This document shows, in pieces, positions 47,470 to 55,248 of a stretch of DNA of 64,000 bases (its first letter is position 1; the number at the start of each line of letters is the position of its first letter). The translations under genes and the position numbers were made by a program. Source of the DNA: a virus (taxonomy: Duplodnaviria; Caudoviricetes); IMG/VR virus record IMGVR_UViG_3300020112_000918, positions 69,796 to 133,795 of that record; one strand, given 5' to 3'. Below the pieces are notes generated by a model that searched no databases, was not told the origin of the DNA, and saw only the letters and a program-made list of their open reading frames with translations.

Positions 47470-48963
47470 TTAGTTGATTTCTGGCATAGGTGCTACCATG
47501 TCAGGAGGGAAGCAAGTTCCGTCAAACGGATCTACGTGAGCACAAGCTGGAGAAGGGAATCCAGAAGATGCACCTTCATAAGTTTCTCCGGCACGTTCGT
47601 CCCAGATAAATTCACCTGTTTCCATGTTTACGTCAAGGACAAGAGCCTTTTCTTCTGGAGTCATAAGTTTGACACCTTCGTAAACTCTTCCTGTAAGGGA
47701 TCCGTCCATAAGACCGTTCCATTTTTCTTCTGTCATTTTAGACAAAGGATTTGAAACAGCTTTTGGTTCTTCTTTAGCTGGAGCGAAAGAAGGACGTGTT
47801 TTTGGTGCAGCCTGAGTAGGAGCTTCTGGTTCAGGAGCTGCCTGAGGTTCTGGCTGTGTAACTGGCTGTGAATAAGGATCGAGATTGTCTTCTGGGTCAG
47901 GAGCATAAGCTGCTTCTTCTTCTGGAACAGGAGTATCAGCAAGAGTTGGTTTTGCAGGAACAGCAGTTGCAGGAGCATTTTCTGCTCTACGTTTTGCTTT
48001 TTCTGCTTCTTCAACTTCTACAAGTTCACACAGTTCTTCATACCAAGGCTTACCGAAAATCTTGCCAACCTGCTGAACGAAGATTCCCAGATGGTCTTTG
48101 ATACGTTTGTATTCTGTATCACGGAAGAGCTGATCCAGGTTCCAAGGTTCCCAAGAGCGTTCTTCATCTGTGAGAGGTCCTGCTACTACAAGTTTCTTTG
48201 CTTCTTCAGAAATGCGTTTAGCATCATCAAGACCGTGATAAACCTTATACCAAGGGTCATCAGAAAGTTTCTTGATAACGATATCGTAGTCATTCCAGTC
48301 TGTGTTGCCGTCCATTGAAAGAATGTCGTCAACAATAAGGTTGTATACAGTTGGAGGAACCCCGTAGTCGAACCAGACCTTTCCTTTTGAGTCAGGAGCT
48401 CCAGCTTTCTTTGAGAGTAAGCGAAGTTTCTTCTGATCTCGGTGCCAGTCCATTGCGCCACGGTCAATTACGTTCCAAATAATAGAAGGAGAGAATTTCC
48501 ATCCGTCTTCGTAAGGATTGCTTACGTTGTTGTTTTTGAGAACACGGTTAAATACATCAGGATGTGATTTAGCGTGATGATAAATACGAACACCTTTGCG
48601 TCCGTCTGGTCCAATTCCATCTGGATCCCAGTCATAAGAAAGAACTTCTTTCATAATCTTGTGAAGAATCCAGTTTTTCTGCTCTTTTGGATCCGGAGCA
48701 AATACACGGAACTTTTTGTCGTCATCGCCAAGAATCATTGCTGTAAAGATTTTCTTAGCGTCTGTTGGTTCACGTCCTTCAATACAAGGACCACCGATCA
48801 AACGGATAACTTTTTCTCCGTTTGGAACAAGAGCTGACCAAGGAAGTTCTGGGTAACTTCCACCCCCATTACCACCGTTTGCTTTACGTGCTGCTTCTTC
48901 TGCCTTTTCTGCATTACGGGCAGCCATTGCTCTAGCAAACTTGCTTTGTGATTCGTTAGACAT
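47470..48963 (-). CDS. single-stranded DNA-binding protein (gp32-like)
   Basis: VIRLIG, NVIDR, YDIVIKK OB-fold pattern; Pro/Ala/Glu-rich tail. Confidence 0.6.
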   Translation of the reverse strand: MSNESQSKFARAMAARNAEKAEEAARKANGGNGGGSYPELPWSALVPNGEKVIRLIGGPCIEGREPTDAKKIFTAMILGDDDKKFRVFAPDPKEQKNWILHKIMKEVLSYDWDPDGIGPDGRKGVRIYHHAKSHPDVFNRVLKNNNVSNPYEDGWKFSPSIIWNVIDRGAMDWHRDQKKLRLLSKKAGAPDSKGKVWFDYGVPPTVYNLIVDDILSMDGNTDWNDYDIVIKKLSDDPWYKVYHGLDDAKRISEEAKKLVVAGPLTDEERSWEPWNLDQLFRDTEYKRIKDHLGIFVQQVGKIFGKPWYEELCELVEVEEAEKAKRRAENAPATAVPAKPTLADTPVPEEEAAYAPDPEDNLDPYSQPVTQPEPQAAPEPEAPTQAAPKTRPSFAPAKEEPKAVSNPLSKMTEEKWNGLMDGSLTGRVYEGVKLMTPEEKALVLDVNMETGEFIWDERAGETYEGASSGFPSPACAHVDPFDGTCFPPDMVAPMPEIN

Positions 48964-49103
48964 GTTTTTCTCCTTTGCAACTTTTTCATTGCTTACCGTC
49001 GTGTAAGCTCGTCGTGTTGCTTGTTTTGTCTATGAGATATAATTCCCAACAAAAATAGGAAAGTGGGAGAGAAGCAAAAATTTTAGTAAGCCTTTTTGTT
49101 TTA

Positions 49104-49556
49104 ATGAAAGAACGAGTTTTATTCTTTAATCCAATTCTTCTGAGAGAAGACTTTGTTAAGGGTGTGAAAAAGCGACTTACATACGACAAGAGCAAGGTCA
49201 TTCTATTGAAAGAACTTTTGGCTAAAACAAAATCGCAGTTAGTCCTCATCTGGTTCTCCCTTCAGGATGAAAGGGATCTAGAGCTAATCCCTTTTCTTCA
49301 GGAACAGGGAATAGTTCCTATAGACTACATCTCTTCAGACGAGTATCTCTACCTTAAATACAAAGATAAAACTCCTTCAGAATTCAACCTAGAGAAACAG
49401 AAACATCAGGAAGCCGTTCGAAATTATCCTAAAGAAAATCTAGACTTTTTCATAGTAGATACTGTTCTTACAGGATGCGGAGAGCGTTCGGCTGTTTTAG
49501 GTAGAAATTACTTTACTCAGGAATCTTTTAGGACTATAGTTTCTCGATTCCGATAA
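49104..49556 (+). CDS. hypothetical protein, degenerate HAD-like
   Basis: 150-aa ORF followed by a hairpin terminator at 49556-49580. Confidence 0.5.
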   Translation: MKERVLFFNPILLREDFVKGVKKRLTYDKSKVILLKELLAKTKSQLVLIWFSLQDERDLELIPFLQEQGIVPIDYISSDEYLYLKYKDKTPSEFNLEKQKHQEAVRNYPKENLDFFIVDTVLTGCGERSAVLGRNYFTQESFRTIVSRFR

Positions 49557-49584
49557 CTATACTTTCGTATAGTATTTTTCTCGT

Positions 49585-49690
49585 TCGAATCTATCTCTAG
49601 ACCTATCTCTTATTCGAATCTCTTTATCTCTATCTCTCTTTCCTATCTCTTTTTCTCTAAATCTTATTCTTAAGTCTTTATCTCTAAGGG
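49585..49690. repeat. pyrimidine-rich tract of imperfect TATCTCT repeats
   Basis: About six TATCTCT copies in roughly 100 bp. Confidence 0.7.
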
Positions 49691-50230
49691 TGGTGGAATC
49701 GGAAGGACACAACCCTGCCCTCGAGTCGATAGAGAAAAATCTCTAACTAAGCACTGATGATGCTTAGCAAACTCGAGAACTGGTGTGTCCTGTTTTAAGG
49801 GAATTTAAACCCCTAAGTAATGGAGCCAACCATCAGGACAGTGAAATCGGCAAGTCGTTTCACCTCTGTATCCTTTCTCTAAACTTCACGGGTAGGAGGT
49901 ACTTATTTCCTAAGTTCAATGTCAGTCCTAAGCAGCTTTTCAGCACGCCAGTCCTATCCCCGTTATTCCTTCCGGAATCTTGCGTTGTAGCTCACAGGCG
50001 ATATCATTCACCTCACCTGTCCTCAGCATTTCTAATGAAGGAAAAGCGTTTTCTTTCATTAGAACGCCCTCAATCGTACAAGTACCATCACGGCTTGTCG
50101 TCTGCACGATGTCTTGGGTAAGAGTTGCTAACTCTTGTCTGTTGGTCTTTTGAGCAGCCCCCATGTAGACCAGGATTCGCAAAAACTCGCCCATGGTGTC
50201 AGATTGTATTCTGCGTCATTCGAGTTTTTA
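49690..50230. ncRNA. putative large structured RNA or origin region
   Basis: GC-richer than its flanks, many nested helices, no convincing ORF. Confidence 0.45.
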
Positions 50231-50252
50231 AGTTTCAAAGTTCTATAGAAAG

Positions 50253-50336
50253 AAAAAGCTCCTTTATCAAGAACTGAAAAACTTTGCACCCACGGGAATA
50301 AATGCATCGTTAGACAGCCCTTGATAAAAGAGCCTT
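50253..50336 (-). ncRNA. small hairpin RNA with loops complementary to upstream sites (c4/CI-antisense-like)
   Basis: GCTCTTTTATCAAGGGCTG/CAGTTCTTGATAAAGGAGC stem; loop TTCCCGTG complements upstream TACGGGAA. Confidence 0.45.
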
Positions 50337-50743
50337 AACAATAAAAATAGGGTTCCCGTAGTATGTAGCTCAAAATCTAAATCGTTATCTTATCTAGACT
50401 CTGGCGAAGGATTACTCCCTCGACTTAAGCAGTTCGAAGCGATTTGCTGTTTCTCATTTCGTTCTTCGTTCTACCCGAAAGATTTTTGATTTTTCCATTA
50501 TAAACCGTTTTGCTGAAAAAGGCAAGTGGTTTACAGAAAAAACTTCTTAACACATAAATAGGGGATAAAAATCCACTAACTCGTGTCTTTCCCTCATTAT
50601 AATTCCGTCAAGTAAAAATAAAGTTAGGGAAAGTTCAAACCTTTTTCTAAACTCACGGAATTAAATTAAATAGACACAAGAAAGTAGACTTGTTCAATCT
50701 AACAAGCACTTTGATCAGTATTATTAACTTTGAGGAGACCCCT

Positions 50744-52480
50744 ATGAAAACTTTAAGGGACTATCAGGAAGAAATTGTAAGCAAAGTAGTTGCATCAGAC
50801 AAGGATCAGATTATTTGTCTGCCTACAGGAGCCGGAAAAACAGTTATAGCATCAGCCATTATGGAACGGCTTCCTCAGAGAGTTGTTTTTGTTGTTCCTC
50901 GGCTTGAACTTATTAAACAAGCTCGGGAAGAGTTTGGTGACGTAGATATTATTTGGTCTGACAAGACAGAAATCACAGGAAAGAAAATTGTTGTAGCTTC
51001 GAAGGACTCTCTTCGAACTCAGCACGAGCTTGTTTCTCAGAACGTAGTTCTCATCTTTGATGAAGTTCACGTAAGCCTGGAATCGACCTACAAGCTCGTT
51101 CAGTTGATCAAGCCTGTGCGTGTTCTAGGTCTTACAGCTACTCCGGAAAGAATGGACGGTCAGGCTTTGCTCAAGGGAACAGACTCTATTCATAAGTTCG
51201 GCTGCTTTGATGAACTTATTCAACAGGAAACAGTTCCTTCTCTTATAGAGAAAGGCTACCTTACAAAGCTCCGTTACTACACTCGTCCGATTGAGGGAAT
51301 CACAGAAATTAAATCAACCTCTACAGGTGAAGAACTTTCTGACGAGCAGATGACAGAAATCTTCGATCAGAACGCTGTTTGGGGAGATTTGGTTAGCTCT
51401 TATGAACAATACGGCAAGGGTCGTCCAGCTCTTGGATTCACAAATACTATCGCAATGGGTGAAAAAGTAGTAGCCCTTTTCAAAAACGCTGGATACGATT
51501 TCCGTATAATCCACGGTGATATGTCTATCCGTGAACGTGAATCTCTTATTGAAATGCTCCGCACACACAAAGTAGACGGGCTTGTGAACGCAGCTTTACT
51601 TACTTACGGATTTGACTGTCCTCCTGTTAGCTACGCTTTCAGCTGCCGTCATATAAAATCTCGTCCTCTTTGGTTCCAGATAGTAGGAAGAATTCTTCGC
51701 TTGTCCCCTGGAAAAGAAGACACAATCTTTGTGGATCATGGTGACAGTATCTCTGAATTTGCTGAGCCAACTTGTTCTTTACCTATTCTTGATCCTTTTA
51801 TCCAGTGGCGTGTAGATGGAGAAAACAAAGAGCAGAAGAAAGCCCGTAAAGTTGAGCTTAAGAGAGTTCAGGAAACAATGGCTCTTCTCCAGGAGCTTGA
51901 TCCACTTCCAGTAAACATGGTTGAAGTAACTCCTGATAATACATGGGACAGACTTATTAAACTTCTTCAGAAATTCCAGAAAGAAAATGGTCAGTTAGCA
52001 CAGCTTGTTCAGAATCTGAACGCTGCTAACCAGAAGCTCTCCCATGAAAAAGAAGAGATGAAAGAAAAGCTCAAGACAGCTGGAGCTGAAAAGTTCATCG
52101 ACTCACAGGCTACTTTTGACTGGTGTCGTAAGAACTATCCATACATTCGTGGTATGATTCATGACGAGATGAAGATGAGCAAAGGCTACTGGCAGATGAC
52201 TCCGGAAGCCCGTGTTGAAGCAGAGCATGAGAGAGTAATTCAGGCTCTTAGAGAAAAGACCGACAAGCTCAAGTTCCTTATTGATGAGCATACTTTTCAG
52301 AACTCTACTAAGTGGTGGAAGGAACACTGGCAGCCCCGTAATGATGGTCCTGTAAGTAGTTCTTTTGCTCCTACAAAAACTCAGGATACTAAGACAGGAA
52401 TTAGAGAACTGTTTGCAAAAACAGCTCCTACTATGAGTAAAATCTTAAGCGATGCACGTCAGGGCAGCTTGCCCTTCTAA
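50744..52480 (+). CDS. SF2 DEAD/DEAH-box helicase
   Basis: LRDYQ, LPTGAGKT, DEVH, GLTATP, QIVGRILR; ATG at 50744 after GAGGAG. Confidence 0.92.
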   Translation: MKTLRDYQEEIVSKVVASDKDQIICLPTGAGKTVIASAIMERLPQRVVFVVPRLELIKQAREEFGDVDIIWSDKTEITGKKIVVASKDSLRTQHELVSQNVVLIFDEVHVSLESTYKLVQLIKPVRVLGLTATPERMDGQALLKGTDSIHKFGCFDELIQQETVPSLIEKGYLTKLRYYTRPIEGITEIKSTSTGEELSDEQMTEIFDQNAVWGDLVSSYEQYGKGRPALGFTNTIAMGEKVVALFKNAGYDFRIIHGDMSIRERESLIEMLRTHKVDGLVNAALLTYGFDCPPVSYAFSCRHIKSRPLWFQIVGRILRLSPGKEDTIFVDHGDSISEFAEPTCSLPILDPFIQWRVDGENKEQKKARKVELKRVQETMALLQELDPLPVNMVEVTPDNTWDRLIKLLQKFQKENGQLAQLVQNLNAANQKLSHEKEEMKEKLKTAGAEKFIDSQATFDWCRKNYPYIRGMIHDEMKMSKGYWQMTPEARVEAEHERVIQALREKTDKLKFLIDEHTFQNSTKWWKEHWQPRNDGPVSSSFAPTKTQDTKTGIRELFAKTAPTMSKILSDARQGSLPF

Positions 52481-52489
52481 GGAGAACTT

Positions 52490-52873
52490 ATGAAACTGAA
52501 TTTTAGATGTTTCCGGATTGAAGGAGTTTCCAGAGGTAACTTTTTCAACGTAGTTTGCAAAAATGTTACACCCCTCTTGGAAATAGCAGAGATGGCTGTA
52601 GTTTTCGGAACTCAGGATGCAGAACCTACTACAGAATCTGTTTGGGAATTTGCAGGAAATAAATTTCGCTATGATGCAAGCAATGACCTTACAAAGCTGG
52701 AAGAACTTTACAAAGAGGACTTCACAAAGTTCTGCCACCCTGTAGACATTAAAAAGGTGTCTCCCGTTAATTGCTTTTCTTGCGCAGAATACGGTAATGC
52801 AAAAATCCATAAAAAGATTATGTGTGACTGGTTGACCGTTTGTTCTAACGGTTCTCATTTCAAAAGAATATAG
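52490..52873 (+). CDS. hypothetical protein
   Basis: AAGGAG SD; Cys-rich C-terminus. Confidence 0.6.
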   Translation: MKLNFRCFRIEGVSRGNFFNVVCKNVTPLLEIAEMAVVFGTQDAEPTTESVWEFAGNKFRYDASNDLTKLEELYKEDFTKFCHPVDIKKVSPVNCFSCAEYGNAKIHKKIMCDWLTVCSNGSHFKRI

Positions 52874-52882
52874 GAGAAAAAT

Positions 52883-53275
52883 ATGAATTTTTATGAAGTT
52901 TTAGAAAAGACTGACTCAGCAGATTTTGACGTGTGTGATAACGTGTATGACATTCTCTACACTTTCTGCTGGGACAAAGAAATGTTTAGCACGGTTGAAG
53001 AATACAATACTTTCTGCAAGGAGCTTTTTAAGAGAACGGAAGTAGAAAAATTTATTTCTTCTAACCACGTATGTCTTAAGCTCACAGATATGATTAAGGC
53101 TAACGTAGGCTTGTTCAAACAATACATGATAGACCACTGGCGTTTTCAGTATGATGACGAATCAGATTTTGAATACGAATGGTGCAAGGAACTTCTTTTA
53201 TTTACCTGTGGTTACGGCTCTGAAGGACAGTATCGTTCTCTCAGGGAAGAAGTTCTTGAAAAGATAAGTGTTTAG
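52883..53275 (+). CDS. hypothetical protein
   Basis: AGGAG SD. Confidence 0.6.
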   Translation: MNFYEVLEKTDSADFDVCDNVYDILYTFCWDKEMFSTVEEYNTFCKELFKRTEVEKFISSNHVCLKLTDMIKANVGLFKQYMIDHWRFQYDDESDFEYEWCKELLLFTCGYGSEGQYRSLREEVLEKISV

Positions 53276-53370
53276 ATGGGAGAAGGGAGAATGAAAGAAG
53301 TAACAGTCTGGGATAATAGACCACGTTGGATGTGGTGCTGGGAACTCTCCCGAGTTTGAGGAGTAAAAAG

Positions 53371-53571
53371 ATGATATTTCCTGAAGAACCTACATGCAGA
53401 TGTGGAATCTATTATGAAGAACAAATTACCTATAGAGCAATAGATGACCTGCCTCCTGCTATGTTATATCCTCCACGATGCACTAAATGCGGAGGGTTAA
53501 TTACCCCGTATCAAGCAGAGGAGAGGGCAAAGCACATGGGTAGAGCTTTGGAGATTTTGAATGTTAGATGA
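53371..53571 (+). CDS. small Zn-ribbon protein
   Basis: CRCG...CTKCG; ATG after GAGGAG. Confidence 0.5.
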   Translation: MIFPEEPTCRCGIYYEEQITYRAIDDLPPAMLYPPRCTKCGGLITPYQAEERAKHMGRALEILNVR

Positions 53572-53962
53572 AGAAAAAATAAAGAAAGCAAGAGGCATAT
53601 TATGTCACAATTGCAGATGGAATGAATGTGATAATGATTCTTGCCCTACGCTACTAGAAACAGTAAAAGCAATAGAACTAGGACTTGCAGAAGGAAGAAA
53701 GGAAGGGTACGAGCAAGGCTATGAAGCCTGCAGACACTATGCTCACGACTATTATAAACCTAAGTGGCACGAAATTAAGTGTTGCTCTCAAGACTTACCG
53801 TCAAGAAGTAAAGACAATTATTTACACTCTGTTATTGTATCAAATGAATACGGAGAGCCGATTTATTACAATTACAATACTGATGAATGGTGCGATATGG
53901 AAGGTGACGTAGTAAGTGATAGCTACAAGTATTGGTGCGAACTTCCAACATATAAGGAGTAA
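53561..53962 (+). CDS. hypothetical protein (DUF551-like C-terminus)
   Basis: KWH....DLP...YWCELP. Confidence 0.55.
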   Translation: MLDEEKIKKARGILCHNCRWNECDNDSCPTLLETVKAIELGLAEGRKEGYEQGYEACRHYAHDYYKPKWHEIKCCSQDLPSRSKDNYLHSVIVSNEYGEPIYYNYNTDEWCDMEGDVVSDSYKYWCELPTYKE

Positions 53963-54108
53963 GAGAAAAATATGAAAACAATACACATCAAAAATGCAGA
54001 TGACTTTTTCATTACAGTTTCCTAAATTAAATAAATGTTTGGAAAAATTAGTGTGAAAGAAGAATTTAAGGGTCGTTGAAAAACGACCTTTTTACTTGGA
54101 GGATAACT

Positions 54109-54315
54109 ATGGCTAAAGCAAAGACTGTTGCTAAGATTGTTTATGTAACGAATAAAGAATATACAATCTCATTTTCTATTGGAGGGAATGAAGTTCTTGA
54201 TAAAGAAGCCCTTAAACAAACTCTTGCTAAAAAAGAATTAGAACTGCGAAATAATTATGGAAAGAAATTAAAAAGCCTTGAAGTAATTTATACAGAAGGA
54301 GTTGAGAATGTTTAA
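54109..54315 (+). CDS. hypothetical protein
   Basis: GGAGG SD before MAKAKT; terminator-like hairpin at 54068-54093 upstream. Confidence 0.55.
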   Translation: MAKAKTVAKIVYVTNKEYTISFSIGGNEVLDKEALKQTLAKKELELRNNYGKKLKSLEVIYTEGVENV

Positions 54316-55216
54316 GCAGACTTTTTTAACTACAAGAAAGCGCGGACCAAAAATTCTTGTATTAAGTGGCATTCACGGAGATGAAACTCAGGCAGTAAAA
54401 ACTGTTCTGAAATTCGCAGAAGAAATCAGTAAATCTGTTAATTCTCCTGCTTCTGCTTTGAGCAAGGTAACTTCTTATACTTTCTTACACGGAGTAAACG
54501 ACTATGGTCTTTTAACTCATCAGCGAGAAAATACTTTTCAAAAAGAAACTGTTCCTTCTCAAAATTTAAATCGTCTTTTTACTCCTACTTACCAGACTCC
54601 TCAAGAAGTAAAAGATTTGATTACTCCGGAAATTGAAGCAGCAGATATTGTGATCGACGTGCACAATTCTCCTGTTTGTAAAAATTGCTTTTTAGTGGAC
54701 TATGATTCATACGCTGAAAAATGTCTTTCTCTTACAAAGAAAACAGCTTTGACTCCGTTGCTCAGGGTTGCTAATGTAAGTGCAGGAACTGTAAAAAGCA
54801 AGGCTCTTTCTCTTGGGAAGATTGGTTTTACAGTAGAATTAAATGGAATGGGATTCTTAGGAAGTGACCCAGATCGAGGAGCAACTTTGCTTCAAGACTT
54901 CTTAATTTCTATTATTGATTCCTATGAAAAACCCGTAACTCCTCTAGACAGACTAGAAGATTATCTTTCTGTTTTCTTATTTTCTAAGATATCTGGAATC
55001 TTGGAGTGGAATTGTTTAGACCCTTTTATGAAAAAATATAGTAAAGGAGAAATAATTTGTACAGTGACTTCTTTAGACGGAAAAGAAGTACAAGAAATTA
55101 AAGCTCCTTTTTCAGGTGGATTTGTTTACGATATCCCCGATTCTCTTTACATAAGTAAAGGTGAGCCGTTTATCGAATACGCTAAGAACCCACAAGAACT
55201 TTTTAATAAAGTCTAA
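54308..55216 (+). CDS. succinylglutamate desuccinylase/aspartoacylase-family (M14) metallohydrolase
   Basis: GIHGDE, NLNR.F, IDVH, FTVEL, C-terminal IKAPFSG. Confidence 0.85.
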   Translation: MFKQTFLTTRKRGPKILVLSGIHGDETQAVKTVLKFAEEISKSVNSPASALSKVTSYTFLHGVNDYGLLTHQRENTFQKETVPSQNLNRLFTPTYQTPQEVKDLITPEIEAADIVIDVHNSPVCKNCFLVDYDSYAEKCLSLTKKTALTPLLRVANVSAGTVKSKALSLGKIGFTVELNGMGFLGSDPDRGATLLQDFLISIIDSYEKPVTPLDRLEDYLSVFLFSKISGILEWNCLDPFMKKYSKGEIICTVTSLDGKEVQEIKAPFSGGFVYDIPDSLYISKGEPFIEYAKNPQELFNKV

Positions 55217-55248
55217 CTTTTAGAGTTCTGTTCGGAATTATAAAAGAC

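Noticed and set aside
49585-49690. CRISPR array
   Set aside because: Short degenerate repeats without spacers; no array was seen anywhere in the window.
49750-49775. Hammerhead ribozyme (CTGATGA)
   Set aside because: CTGATGA is a hairpin loop and the required GAAA after stem II is missing.
49783-50194. ORFs 49783..50121 (+) and 49940..50194 (-)
   Set aside because: No SD, atypical composition, and they coincide with strong RNA-like helices; not fully excluded.
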